Origin: Paraspadella gotoi
Lineage: Eukaryota; Animalia; Chaetognatha
Length of the DNA: 64,000 bases
Direction of reading: 5' to 3'
Assembly (NCBI GenBank): GCA_051294375.1
Contig: CM119271.1
Coordinates: forward strand, 9,625,308-9,689,307
Shown here: piece by piece, positions 1 through 14,208 of the stretch
Numbering within the stretch: position 1 is the stretch's first letter
How the letters are laid out: each line of letters opens with the position of its first letter
Position numbers and translations under genes: made by a program
The notes under the pieces: generated by a model
Seen by the model: only the letters and a program-made list of their open reading frames with translations
Databases searched by the model: none
Told to the model about the DNA's origin: nothing

Positions 1-215
1 GAATTATCATAATCAATCAAATTTACAATTCGTCACGAACTCATGCAAATCATCAAATCAATCAATCGATAAATCCGTCTTTTCATAACGAACAAATCAA
101 TCTAATCAATCAATAAAATCAATAATCAAATCATCAACAATCAATCTCTTAAAAAACAAATCATAAACAAAACCCATCAATCAATCAAATCCAATCAAAT
201 CGATAAACGACTCAC

Positions 216-3125
216 CCGCCGCCCCGTACTCCTCGTCGTCCATCTCCTTGACCTTCAAACAATAAGACAAATACTCGAACTTGACGTCCGCGTATTTCTT
301 GATCGTCATCCGTATGTCCGGGACGGCCCTGATGAGGAACGTCCCCAGATCCCCGATCATCGGCTTCAACGTCCGGACGGCGTCGACGACGAGGCGCTCG
401 AGGCCGCGATGCGCCACGCCCACGCGAGCGCGCCTCCGACGCCGAGGGAAAAGGGCGTGGACGCCGGCGTCGGAGAAGGCGGCGGCGAAGACTCGGTAGA
501 CGTCCGCTATGGAGAGCATGGATCTGGAAAAGGGGGGGAGGCGAGGGGTTGGGTGGGGGGGTTTGGTGGTTTTGATTGGAGAGAACGTTATTATGTGGAT
601 GGAGTTGTAAAAAATGATCGTTGACGTTTAGTTAAAACGAGGTAATTATTAAGCGAAGGCGAGTAATAGGTTGACAATAGTTTTATTAGCGACGGACAAT
701 GTTAAGGTGATGACAAAGTTAATGACGACACGACGGCAAAGGTTACGATAAATAATTAATATACAATTATTAAACGAAGAAGGATTGTTTCTTGAGTTCG
801 GATGTCGAGGAGAATGCCTCGAGGTCCTCGGCAATCTCGGCCATCGACCCTTAAGTCTCTCTGTCGGTCATTGCAGGTTTCAATATAGTAAACTGTGAAT
901 GATTCGAAATACGACGAGCAATCACACACAGGCCGTTTGTTTTTGGATTTTTTTTTATCGTCTTTTCCGCACTTTTTGTGTAAGTTGTCTTGTTTTTAAG
1001 TTGTTGCATTGTATTGTCGTTGTTTTGTTGTTCGTAGTCGTAGTGTTGCCGCTTCATGTTGTTTTGCTAATTGTTTCCTTCACCGGTAGTTATTTTTTGT
1101 ATCTTTGTGATAGTATTTATTAAGTCAGCGGAATTGTTGTTTTTATTTAATTTATGTTGTTTTTCGTTGTCTTTGTGTATATCCAACCTGAGAAGTCGTC
1201 TTATGTGCGCAATGAGGCCGCGAAAGTTTTCAGCTTTTGCTTCCAAATCTTCGAGTTTCTTCACCAAAACGTCGTTGCAAAGAATCGCGCGACTCAAACC
1301 TAAATTGTATAAATATACACTGATACATTTTAGAGAAACAAAGTTTTTTATTGTTAAAACGATTTCTTTTTGGTAAAATAAAATGGACACTTTTCGACTC
1401 TATGGTTGCGAGTCTTCATCAACGCAAAGTGATACATAGATAAAAAAAATACTTCATATTGTTTATTTTAAAAGACTTTGAAAATTCAAATTTTTACCAG
1501 GACGTCGGCGGTGGACGATGACATTGATTCGACGAAACGATGCTTCACCTGAGAAGATGGAAAATCGGAAGAAGGTGATGAGATGGAGTGGAAAGAGATA
1601 GATAGAGACAGAGTCTAATACAGAGAGATAGACAGACAGACAGATATGACAGAACCACATACAGAGGACGGAAAGACGCCCCGGCAGACAGAAGAGAGAT
1701 TGACAGACAGAGAAGAGGAGACAGAAAGAGAGAGATAAACCAAGAGACAGACAAGGGACGGATAGACGGGCGTTGATGCAATCTTAGACTTACTCTTTTT
1801 ATTCCTCACCTTTTTCAGATCTATATCGATGCATTTTCCCTGAGATGCGTCGCGTGAAGTTTGTTGAAGTTATGGTGACCTGAGATAAATATTTAGCTAA
1901 TATTTTAAAATAGCGAAAAGATTTGATTAATTCATACATTCATTCATTCATTCTTATCATTCTTCTCTTCATCACTCTCAGCCCCCGATTTCCTGGATCA
2001 TCTTGGCCACTTGCAATCTCGTCTTCCCTTAACGCATTTTCCATTGACGTGCTGTGATTTCGTCTCCCGACATCAAGATCCGTCGATGGCTGCGGAGTTT
2101 TGTCGAAGATCTGATTCAAAGTTTAAATGACATTGAATGTTTGTTTTTGGTGGACTAAAATCCACCTACCATTCTCAGCGGCCATTGGTGCCGGACGCAA
2201 GTCATTCGTCTCCTACACCAAAGCGTCCGGGTTCTAGCCCGGTGGTCGCCAAGCAGTTAAGATGGTCGGGGGGGTTTATCCCGCCTGTAATACCGTGTTA
2301 CAGCCTGATACGAAGCCTGATCCGAAGCTCTCACTAACACATAACAATAATTAGTGCCTCTTCAGTTTCATGATTTAACGCTATTATTTTTAAAGTTCAT
2401 TTTGTAAAATTAAGTATATCGATAAAAATGTAAATAATACACCCGGAAAAAACTGGAAAAATACAACAAAATAATTCATTTACAATCTTTATTGTATTCA
2501 TTGTAAGGTCAATTTGGTCTAGGCGTTGATAAAAGTGGATCAGGTAGAGCTCGTCTCACTTTTACTTCTATACAACGTCAAATTCTTCACTCTCGCCTTA
2601 TTTTTATTATACTATTTTCGTCCTCTACAATATATTGGTTGTCCGATTTCATAAATTTTTTGTGTTAAATTTATGAAAGTTGTTCTGATATCGTTATTTA
2701 TTTTAAAGGTTTTAGGTACTCTATTAATCATTCGCTTTTTATTTCGTCAATAATTACACAACGGTAATAGTAACTATATACTAACTAAAATTCGATTCTT
2801 TCATAATATTACTTCAACCTCGCCCCTCCCCACCCCACCGCACCTGACGATAGAGACACGGACAATACGCGCCCCCCCTCCGATGCTGATCCCACGAGAT
2901 TCTTCGCGTCCTTGGTCAGCGTCACCGTTCCCGAAGTGACCGTCATCCCGCGACGATTCCTCCCACGCGTAAAACGCTCGGTAGGACCCGTCGGGGGCGA
3001 CTTCCGGGCGGGAGACGAGGGACGACGAGGGCGGGGTGTGGAAGAGGTGGGGGTGGTTGAGGATGTGGAAGGAGGCGTAGGGGTGGAGGAGGAGATGAGT
3101 CCGTCGTCGAGGGTTGTTGAGACAT
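216..3125 (-). pseudogene. PICK1: Inverted, frameshifted copy of PICK1 exons 1-6 (pseudogene or, more likely, assembly fold-back copy)
   Basis: Reverse complement of 9541-12553, introns included. ORFs 2943-3125, 1067-1390 and 181-519 carry PICK1 peptides (MSQQPSTTDSS, LGLSRAILCNDVLVKK, KKYADVKFEYLSYCLKVKEMDDEEY), but small indels shift the frame in exons 1 and 6. Confidence 0.8.
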
Positions 3126-4098
3126 CTCGATGGACGAGAGGTTTGGTTAAGTGTGTTTAGTTAATTTATGTTTAATTATTAATTAATTAATGTAGGGTTA
3201 AAACGTGAGATTTTTTCAAGAGAACGATCCTTTTTTTTTCTTCACTGTCGATCGAAGATCGATTCATTTTGCATTTTTCTTCTCTTTTCGTTTTTCATTC
3301 GGAACATTTGAACTTTTGTCAACAGCTGTTATTTTCTCATCTATTTTCAATCTAGAAAATCCGGATTTTATTGCTACGTTTGAAGTTGGTCCTTTTGAGT
3401 CGTGAGATTTTACAGACAGCGAATGAAAAGTGATAATGATGCGTGATAATAAAATGAAAACAAAGTTTGCTAATCGCGAAAACGGCCCCGTTTTACAAAT
3501 CCACGGTACGAGCGAGTGATGACGTGTGCCGGGAGGGCTTTATGCTCGATCGTGACCTCGTTGGTTCCCCGGGCAAACTTCGTCCTCAAGTTGTCACCGG
3601 GAAAGATTTAAAAACTGGGAAAACTGGAATTCGAAGATCGAAAACATCGATTAAAGATTGAAACTGGTTTTTCTATTTGTTTGAAATGACGATGAAGATT
3701 TCAAATCTAAAAGTTTCGACAAAAATTGTATATTACAATTCATTGTTTGATTCACTAATTGAATTAAAGTAACAGGAAAGTTGACGTGTCGTTCGGAGTT
3801 TTAAAAGTTTATTTGAATGAAAATAATTGTTATCAAAACGAGTAGTCGTTGTAACCAAGTTTATATGTTAACTTAAATTTTTAATAAGATCGAAATTATT
3901 TATTGACCAAGTTTGTATTGGAATTGATGATTTGATCAAATGCAATTTGTCTCGTTACAATTTACTTGATGAATATAAAGAAAATCAGGTTTGTTCTTTT
4001 TTTATTCTCTATTTAATCTCTAGAGAGCGCCAGCGAAAGACGAAAAACTCTAATAGAAAAAAAAAAAGACCATCGTTACTAATTCATAATGTAATGGG

Positions 4099-4150
<52 letters not shown>

Positions 4151-4162
4151 GCATTCTGATCC

Positions 4163-4219
<57 letters not shown>

Positions 4220-4502
4220 TCTTTTCTTCTCTCTCTTTCTCTCGCTTAATATATTTATTTCCTCTCTTTATATGCAATCTTGATAAAATACCTTTTTCTG
4301 ATATATACTCAAATAACATAGAAAAACTAAAGCATCATCATTCGTATAGAGAGAGTGTGGAATGTTAAAAAGAAACGGGATCTAATGACTATGTGTAAAC
4401 ACTGAAATTGTAAAGTATGTATATAGTTATACATTTAATTTTATTGCTAATATATTTACATCTTTAAATAATGAGTAAATACTACATACATACATACATA
4501 CA

Positions 4503-4533
<31 letters not shown>

Positions 4534-4591
4534 GTACAGCTCATTAACATTGGCATTGTTACTGTGTTAAACTTTCACATCTTAATATATC

Positions 4592-4622
<31 letters not shown>

Positions 4623-4836
4623 TCTCTCCTCTCTCTCTCTCTCTCTCTCGTACCCACGTGACCCTCGTAAACCCTATCATAAAAGTCCACTTAATTTCAT
4701 CATAAGTAAACCTTTAAAGAAACTATAAAACAGTTTACCGGTACTAGCTTGCCAATAGCGAAAGCATCTCATCGGCTGCATTATGCTACACTCATTTTTT
4801 CTTTCCTTGTGGGGGAGGGTTGAAAGGGTAAACCCC

Positions 4837-4867
<31 letters not shown>

Positions 4868-5175
4868 CTCTCTCCTTCTTCGTTCCCACTTGACACTCAT
4901 AAATCCTATCATAAAAGTCGGAGAAGATTAGGCATTAACACTCGCATCTGCACTGGCCACCAGAGGCAACCGAATCAGAGGAAAGGAAAACTTTTTAAAA
5001 TTTCCCACCAATGAGAGACGCCAATTTGTTGTCTGCTCAATCTAATACTATTTTTATTCGACACTATTTTTCAGCAATAGAATTTCGTCTAACCACCTTC
5101 CTCACCCAATGTATCATCAACGCGATCCTGGGAAGAGAGAACCCGATCACGTTAGGACTGCAGGGAGGGAGAGAT

Positions 5176-5231
<56 letters not shown>

Positions 5232-7350
5232 GAGAAGAAAGGAGAAGCCCGCCCAAATACTGCAGTGCCTGCAATGCGAAGTCTGGGAAACGCAGGAGAG
5301 CGACAGGAGAAACGGCGAGCTGCAGGAGGAAGAGTATGAGGAACTGCCCAGACTTACCCAGAAGCTCACCGACCAATAAGAACGGAGAAAGGGGACCATT
5401 AACTAGATATAGTAACAAGAGATTGTGATGAGATTGAATTCTTTTGTGTAGAAGACGTAAGCTGCGTCTCTATTCAACCAATTTGTCCTTAATGCATCAT
5501 TTATGCTGAAATACTTTGCATATCTTAATGATCCGTTTGACTTCACTTCCATCGTGTATGTCCATTGTGTAGACCGCATTAAAACTTCTTTGAGTTATAA
5601 GGATTAAGGATGTACAATTGCTAGGCGTGAAGGGTTATGATATAAATCTCTGTGATAAATACCGCGATTATCACTAATCATCATCTGACAGTTGACAGAG
5701 AGAGAGTGCCAGCTAGAATTCTCGGCCGTCTCTACAAGCGACGGCATCGTTGCTGGGATTTCTGGTGCCATTTTTTTTCCGCTTGCGATCCTCAACGACT
5801 GTTGGGATCAACGGCGAACTCGAACATCACTCCCGGTTCTCTCTGAAACGGATTGATCTTGTCTCGCTTGTCTCTGTTTGGCTTTTGTTTTCGTTTCGTG
5901 CGCGTCGTTCTTTTTTTTTTTGTTGAACCAGTTTGTATTTGAGTGTGAGAATCTTTTTGTTTTTGTTAGTGAGTTTAGTTTACTCGTTGAAGTTCATCGT
6001 TTACATCAGCAAGGGTGCAAAATGAAGGAAAGCACTACTCCTGTCGGGAGAGCAAGGCTCACGAGACTACAAGCAAATAAGTAAATTCAGCGACATGGAA
6101 CTCTGAACGACGAAATTGGCCTCGTCAAAAGTATTCCAGACTGATGGGTTCTCAAAACCAGACCACCTTTTATCAGTCAAAACTCCATATAAGGAGGGAT
6201 CAATATGCAAACACGAAGCAACAAACAATAGCTAGGACTATGACTGCTCGACCAGTTCTAAATGACACGAGATGTCTAGCAATTGGAGGGNNNNNNNNNN
6301 NNNNNNNNNNNNNNNATTGCATATATATATGTGTTTTATTCGTTTACAACAATTAGTTGAAACCAGTACATTCAAAAAGGGCATACAGCATTACAGATAA
6401 ACGCATAAATTGTACAGTTTACAATTCAACAAAATATAAATATTTAAATTAACAGAACGAAAAAAGAAAAAAAAAAATCCAACAATAAGCTATGACAAGA
6501 TTTTTAGGAATATTGTTTCTAGAGGAAAAAAGCTTGGATTCAAAGTTTTTTGATCTACAAGCAAAAATTTTATAGATATCATTATATCCAAATGAGGACC
6601 TTAATGATCGACCACTCTCCCATCTATTCCAACTACCTCTTAATATCAAAAAGAATCGTGAGAATATCAGTGACATCAATAAAAAGAACTATTCTACAAA
6701 GGCTAACGATAATGTGAAGTCAAACGTGATCAAATAATATCAAATGTATGAAATTGGTACAACCAATATAAAAATTATCCATTCATTTAATAAATAAGCT
6801 ATCTTGCCCCTGACTTTGGACAGGCTTTGGTGGTTTAAGGCCTCCATCACTCTTACAAGATAATTACAGAGCAGGTCCCTGCAAGCTTTCAATCAAGACT
6901 CTCTCACAGTCCCGTTTATTTACTCCCAGAGTACCTGGCTTCCCTATCAATGAAGTGGAAAATATTTCAAAGAATGTTTCAATTGTATGAAAAGACCACT
7001 CCCTTAAGTATTAGATCGGGGAATACTTATTGTACTCCGCACTAGCATCAAAATACATAAAAATACATAAATATCTCAGGGACAAGATTGAAGCGAGAAA
7101 CGCGCTATGTCTTCTACACAAAAGAATTCAAATTCTCATTCACAAATTCTCTTGTCTACTTATTTATTGTTTATTGGCTCCCCCCCCCTTTCCTCTGGTT
7201 CTTATTGGTCGGGTGAGTTCATGGGTAAGTCATGGGTCAGTTCCTTGATCCTCTTTCTCCTCCTGCAGCTTCGCCGTTTCTCCTGCCGCTCTCCTGCCGT
7301 TCTCCAGCCTTCGGCATTGCAGGCACTGCAGATCGTTCGGGCGGGGCTTC

Positions 7351-7473
<123 letters not shown>

Positions 7474-7752
7474 CCTGCACCACGTGATCGGGTTCTCCTT
7501 CCCAGGATCCGCGTTGATGATACTTTGGGTGAGGAAGAGTTAGACGAAATTCTATTGGCTGAAAAATAGGTGAATAAAAATATATTAGATTGAGCAGACA
7601 ACAAATTGGCGTCTCTCATTGGTGGGAAATTTTAAAAATGTTTTCCTTTCCTCTGATTCGGTTGCCTCTGGTGGCCAGTGCAGATGCGAGTGTTAATGCC
7701 TAATCTTCTCCGACTTTTATGATAGGATTTATGAGTGTCAAGTGGGAACGAA

Positions 7753-7796
<44 letters not shown>

Positions 7797-7980
7797 GTTT
7801 ACCCTTTACAACCCTCCCCCACAAGGAAAGAAAAAAGATGAGTGTAGCATAATGCAGCCGATGAGATGCTTTCGGCTATTGGCAAGCTAGTACCGGTAAA
7901 CTGTTTTATAGTTTCTTTAAAGGTTTACTTATGATGAAATTAAGTGGACTTTTATGATAGGGTTTACGAGGGTCACGTGG

Positions 7981-8034
<54 letters not shown>

Positions 8035-8367
8035 AAGTTTTAATGTGAAAGTTTTACACAGTAACATGCAATGTAATGAGCTGTACATATGGTATGTATG
8101 TATGTATGTATGTATGTATGTATGTATTTACTCATTATTTAAAGATGTAAATATATTAGCAATAAAATTAAAATGTATAACTATATACATACTTTACAAT
8201 TTCAGTGTTTACACATAGTCATAGATCCCGTTTCTTTTTTAACATTCCACACTCTCTCTATACGAATGATGATATGCTTTGTTTTTCTATGTTATTTGAG
8301 TATATATCAGAAAAAGGTATTTTATCAAGATTGCATATAAAGAGAGAGAGAGATTAATATATATTAT

Positions 8368-8416
<49 letters not shown>

Positions 8417-8512
8417 AGAGAGGAGAAGAGAATTGAATTGTATTAAGGAAACGGGCTTGGGCTACATTGTGCCCTAAATGCTCAAGTTGACAAAGTTTAC
8501 AGATATGATAAC

Positions 8513-8544
<32 letters not shown>

Positions 8545-9540
8545 GTCCCATTACACTTATGAATTAGTAACGATGGTCTTTTTTTTTTCTATTAGAGTTT
8601 TTCTCTTTCGCTGGCGCTCTCTAGAGATTAAATAGAGAATAAAAAAAGAACAAACCTGATTTTCTTTATATTCATCAAGTAAATTGTAACGAGACAAATT
8701 GCATTTGATCAAATCATCAATTCCAATACAAACTTGGTCAATAAATAATTTCGATCTTATTAAAAATTTAAGTTAACATATAAACTTGGTTACAACGACT
8801 ACTCGTTTTGATAACAATTATTTCATTCAAATAAAAACTTTTAAACTCCGAACGACACGTCAACTTTCCTGTTACTTTAATTCAATTAGTGAATCAAAAC
8901 AATGAATTGTAATATACAATTTTTGTCGAAACTTTTTAGATTTGAAATCTTCATCGTCATTTCAAACAAATAGAAAAACCAGTTTCAATCTTTAATCGAT
9001 GTTTTCGATCTCGAATTCCAGTTTTCCAGTTTTTAAATCTTTCCCGGTGACAACTTGAGGACGAAGTTTGCCCGGGGAACCAACGAGGTCACGATCGAGC
9101 ATAAAGCCCTCCCCGGCACACGTCATCACTCGCTCGTACCGTGGATTTGTAAAACGGGGGCCGTTTTTCGCGATTAGCAAACTTTGTTTTCATTTTATTA
9201 TCACGCATCATTATCACTTTTCATTCGCTGTCTGTAAAATCTCACGACTCAAAAGGACCTACTTTCACAACGAGCAATAAAAATCCGGATTTTCTAGATT
9301 GAAAATAGATGAGAAAATAACAGCTGTTGACAAAAGTTCAAATGTTCCCGAATGAAAAACGAAAAGAGAAGAAAAATGCAAAATGAATCGATCTTCGATC
9401 GACAGTGAAGAAAAAAAAAAGGATCGTTCTCCTTGAAAAAATCTCACGTTTTAACCCTACATTAATTAATTAATTAATTAATTAATTAATTTAAACTAAA
9501 TACACTAAACAAACTTAACCAAACCTCTCGTCCATCGAGG

Positions 9541-12500
9541 ATGTCTCAACAACCCTCGACGACGGACTCCTCTTCCTCCTCCACCCCTACGCCTCCTTCC
9601 ACATCCTCAACCACCACCCCCACCTCTTCCACACCCCGCCCCTCGTCGTCCCTCGTCATCCCGCCCGGAAGTCGCCCCGACGGGTCCTACCGAGCGTTTT
9701 ACGCGTGGGAGGATCGTCGCGGGATGACGGTCACTTCGGGAACGGTGACGCTGACCAAGGACGCGAAGAATCTCGTGGGGATCAGCATCGGAGGGGGGGC
9801 GCCGTATTGTCCGTGTCTCTACGTCGTGCAGGTGCTGGGGTGGGAGGGGGCGAGGTTGGAAGTAATTAGTTATGAAAGAATCGAATTTTATTAGTTAATA
9901 GTTACTATTACCGTTGTGTAATTATTGACGAAATAAAAACCGAATGATTAATAGAGTACCTAAAACCTTTACAAATAAATAACGATATCAGAACAAACTT
10001 TCATAAATTTAACCAAAAAATTTTATGAAATCGGTACAACCAATATATTGTAGAGGACGAAAATAGTAATAATAAAAATAAGGCGAGAGTGAAGAATTTT
10101 GACGTTGTAATAGAAGTAGAAAAGAAGTGAGACGAGCTCTAACCTGATCCACTTTTATCAACGCCTAGACCAAATTGACCTTACAATGAATACAATAAAG
10201 ATTGTAAATGAATTATTTTGTTGTATTTTTCCAGTTTTTTCCGGGTGTATTATTTACATTTTATCGATATACTTAATTTTTACAAAATGAACTTTAAAAA
10301 TAAGTAGCGTTAAATCATGAAACTGAAGAGGCACTAATTATTGTTATGTGTTAGTGAGAGCTTCGGATCAGGCTTCGTATCAGGCTGTAACACGGTATTA
10401 CAGGCGGGATAAACCCCCCCCGACCATCTTAACTGCTAGGCGACCACCGGGCTAGAACCCCGGACCTTTGGTGTAGGAGACGAATGACTTGCGTCCGGCA
10501 CCAATGGCCGCTGCAGAATGGTAGGTGGATTTTAGTCCACCATAAAACAAACATTCAATGTCATTTAAACTTTGAATCAGATCTTCGACAAAACTCCGGC
10601 AGCCATCGACGGATCATTGATGTCGGGAGACGAAATCACAGCCGTCAATGGAAAATGCGTCAAGGGGAAGACGAGATTGCAAGTGGCCAAGATGATCCAG
10701 GAAATCGGGGGGCAGGTGAGAGAAAATGAAAGAATGAATGAATGAATGAATGAATTAATCTTTTTCGCTATTTTAAAATATTAGCTAAATATTTATCTCA
10801 GGTCACCATAAACTTCAACAAACTTCACGCGGACGCATCTCAGGGAAAATGCATTGATATAGATCTGAAAAAGGTGAGGAATAAAAAGAGTAAGTCTAAG
10901 ATTGCATCAACGCCCGTCTATCCGTCCCATTGTCTGTCTCTTGGTTTATCTCTCTCTTTCTGTCTCCTCTCTCTGTCTGTCAATCTCTCTTTCTGTCTGC
11001 GTGGGCGTCTTTCCGTCCCTCTGTATGTGGTTCTGTCATATCTGTCTGTCTGTCTATCTCTCTGTATTAGACTCTGTCTCTATCTATCTTTTCCACTCCA
11101 TCTCATCACCTTCTTCCGATTTTCCATCTTCTTCAGGTGAAGCATCGTTTCGTCGAATCAATGTCATCGTCCACCGCCGACGTCCTTGGTAAAAATTTGA
11201 ATTTTCAAAGTCTTTTAAAATAAACAATATGAAGTATTTTTTTTTATCTATGTATCACTTTGCGTTGATGAAGACTCGCAACCATAGAGTCGAAACGTGT
11301 CCATTTTATTTTAACCAAAAAAGAAATCGTTTTTAAACAATAAAAAACTTTGTTTTCTCTAAATATGTGTGTATTATATACAATTTAGGTTTGAGTCGCG
11401 CGATTCTTTGCAACGACGTTTTGGTGAAGAAACTCGAAGATTTGGAAGCAAAAGCTGAAACTTTTCGCGGCCTCATTGCGCACATAAGACGACTTCTCAG
11501 GTTGGATATACACAAAGACAACGAAAACAACATAAATTAAATAAAAACAACAATTCCGCTTGATCTTAAAGAATAAATACTATCACAAAAACAAAAATAA
11601 CTACCGGTGAAAAACAAAATTAGCAGCAACAACAGCAGGAGCGGCAACGACAACTACGAAACTACGAAAACGATAACTAAAACAACAACAATTACATCAA
11701 CTAACATCGACCAACAATCAAAAAAACTAAAATGACAACTTCAACACAAAAAGTGCGGAAAAGACGATAAAAAAAAATCCAAACACAAACGGCCTTGTGA
11801 TGTGATTGCTCGTCGTCTTTTCGAATCATCTGAAAGCCGACCAATCACAGACCTTATTTCAACCTTATATTGGAGACCAATGACCAATGACCGACAGAGA
11901 GACTTAAGGGTCGATGGCCGAGATTGCCGAGGGACCTCGAGGCATTCTCCTCGACATCCGAACTCAAGAAACAATCCTTCTTCGTTTAATAATTGTATAA
12001 TTAATTATTTATCGTAACCTTTGCCGTCGTGTCGTCATTACCTTTGTCATCACCTTAATCATTGTCCGTCGCTAATAAAACTATTGTCAACCTATTACTC
12101 GCCTTCGCTTAATAATTACCCTCGTTTTTAGACTAAACGTCAACGATCATTTTTTACAACTCCATCCACATAATAACGTTCTCTCCCAATCAAAACCACC
12201 AAACCCCCCCCACCAACCCCCTCGCCTCCCCCCCTTTTCCAGATCCATGCTCTCCATAGCGGACGTCTACCGAGTCTTCGCCGCCGCCTTCTCCGACGCC
12301 GGCGTCCACGACCCTTTTCCCTCGGCGTCGGAGGCGCTGCTCGCGGTGGGCGTGGCGCATCGCGGCCTCGAGCGCCTCGTCGTCGACGCCGTCCGGACGT
12401 TGAAGCCGATGATCGGGGATCTGGGGACGTTCCTCAATCAGGCCGTCCCGGACATACGGATGACGATCAAGAAATACGCGGACGTCAAGTTCGAGTATTT

Positions 12501-13805
12501 GTCTTATTGTTTGAAGGTCAAGGAGATGGACGACGAGGAGTACGGGGCGGCGGGTGAGTCGTTTATCGATTTGATTGGATTTGATTGATTGATGGGGGTT
12601 TTGTTTATTGATTTGTTTTGTTTATTAGGAGATTGATTGATTTGATTCATTGATTTATTGATTGATTAGATTGATTTGTTCGTTATGAAAAGACGGATTT
12701 ATCGATTGATTGATTTGATGATTTGCATGAGTTCGTGACGAATTGTAAATTTGATTGATTATGATAATTCGCTTGGTTTTTTTTATTAATTGTTCAATCA
12801 ATGGAATGTTTGATATATTTATTATTTCATTTGTAAATTGATTGAATGAATAAAAAGTTTAAAAAAGGTTTATTGATTAATTGATTAATTGGATTCCTAC
12901 TTTAACCGATTGATTGATTCCTTCTTCTTTCTCCTCAGTGGTTGACGATCCCCTCTACAGGGTGGAAACAGGCAACTACGACTACAGGGTCGTCCTTCGT
13001 TGCCGCCAACTCGCCAGATCGCGATTCGCCAAGAGCAGGAGCGACGTGATGGTCAAGCTGGAGCTGTTGGAGTCGAAGCAGGTTCAGGTAAGATGGAGCG
13101 AAGTATTTTGGCTTAGCAGGACAGCTGTAGTGAGTTTAAAAATCTACTATACTGCTGGAGCAGAAGTGAGTTTGAATAATCTAATGTTGTAGTAAAAGAT
13201 TAATACGGGTCCGTACTAGTAATTCAGGATCGATAAGTATATTTAACTAAAGTCGCATTGTACATTTTGAAAGTTTTGATAGAAATTTTTATGAACCAAT
13301 CAATCCAAGAAAAAGTAGAATCTGAATGAATAGTTAACAAAGCTATAATTAAACTCGAAGCAAGCATATAGCAAATTTAAAAATCGCTGCAAGCTCGTTG
13401 CAATTTTCCACGACGTCATTCCCACTTCCTCCTCCAAAGGACACCGTCTTCCAGCTCCAACGGTTCGTGGAGGTGCTGCTCAAGTATTACCAAGACTCCC
13501 TGGACGTCGTCCGCAGCCTCAGCGACAATTTCCCCGTGGAGATCGAACTCGGCCGCGTCGCCGGAGTCGCCGACGGGCGGTTGGACTTCGCCGACGACTT
13601 CGACGAGGATGTGGAGGAGAAGGAGGAAGAAGAGGAGGATGACGAGCTGCTGGAGGAAGCTGGGGAGGTTGGGGAGGAAGAGAGGGTTGGGGAGGAGGGA
13701 GGGGAGGAGTCGAAGGGGGAGGAGATTGAGGGGTTGAATTCGGTTGAGAGGGAAGTTGAGAAGAGACGAGAACCAGAAGTTGATCTGTTGGTTGATTTGG
13801 GATGA
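9541..13805 (+). CDS. PICK1: PICK1 (protein interacting with C kinase 1; PDZ + BAR/arfaptin-homology + acidic tail), 8 exons, ~495 aa
   Basis: Exons 9541-9831, 10581-10715, 10802-10873, 11137-11188, 11389-11500, 12243-12553, 12939-13087 and 13440-13805 all have GT-AG boundaries with consistent phases (1488 nt total). The translation contains hallmark PICK1 segments: KDAKNLVGISIGGGAPYCPCLYVVQIFDKTPAA, LKKVKHRFVESMSSSTADVLGLSRAILCND, TIKKYADVKFEYLSYCLKVKEMDDEEY, PLYRVETGNYDYRVVLRCRQ, VQDTVFQLQRFV, FPVEIEL, then a Glu/Asp tract. Confidence 0.96.
10338..10511 (-). mobile_element. tRNA-derived SINE-like element (tRNA-like head ~74 nt) antisense in PICK1 intron 1; mirror copy at 2178-2350 (+)
   Basis: Read from the copy at 2178-2251: a 7-bp acceptor stem GCGGCCA/TGGTCGC, a B-box/T-arm CCGGGTTCTAGCCCGG and an imperfect anticodon arm with loop CTCCTAC. 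A GC-rich body and an A-rich tail follow. The D and T arms are imperfect, so this is not called a functional tRNA. Confidence 0.55.
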
Positions 13806-13813
13806 TAGTGGAT

Positions 13814-13970
13814 GAGATTGGGTGGGAATGGAAAGAGAAGATGTGGGAATGAAAAGAGAAGATGTGGGAATGGAAAGAGATTGGGTGGGAATGGAAAGAG
13901 ATTGGGTGAAGATGGAAAGAGAAGATGTGGGAATGGAAAGAGATGGGGTGTAAATGGAAAGAGGTTTGAA
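13814..13970 (+). repeat. 21-bp minisatellite (~7 copies, GAGA(T/A)(T/G)(G/A)(G/T)GTGGGAATGGAAA-like) in PICK1 3' UTR
   Basis: Tandem 21-nt units begin just after the stop codon. They explain the spurious periodic ORFs 13416-14030 and 13487-14032. Confidence 0.85.
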
Positions 13971-14202
13971 ATGACACAGATATTGGTGAGGGGCAATGGA
14001 ATTAGATGAGCTACGTATTGCAGATGGCACAAGTTATGTACGCGTTATGAATTAAAAATCTACTCTGGAATTTAGATCTTATACGTTTCGATTGATAATC
14101 TTCTCGCTTGAATTTTGATCAATGTTTTTTTTTTAAGTTTTTGTTTCTTGGGTTTATAAAAAAAACCAATCAAACGCTTGACTCACATTGAAGTCGTTGC
14201 TT

Positions 14203-14208
14203 AATAAA
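14203..14208 (+). promoter_or_regulatory. Candidate polyadenylation signal (AATAAA) for PICK1
   Basis: AATAAA lies ~400 nt after the stop and is followed by T/GT-rich sequence (TCGTTTCTTTTGTTTTG). Confidence 0.4.

Noticed and set aside
9030-9180. GC-richer island upstream of PICK1 with short ORFs on both strands
   Set aside because: No consistent splice sites or recognisable protein. It could be promoter sequence or an exon of another gene, but I cannot support a call.
13416-14032. Overlapping 150-204 aa minus-strand ORFs with periodic motifs
   Set aside because: Antisense to the PICK1 acidic exon plus the 21-bp minisatellite.
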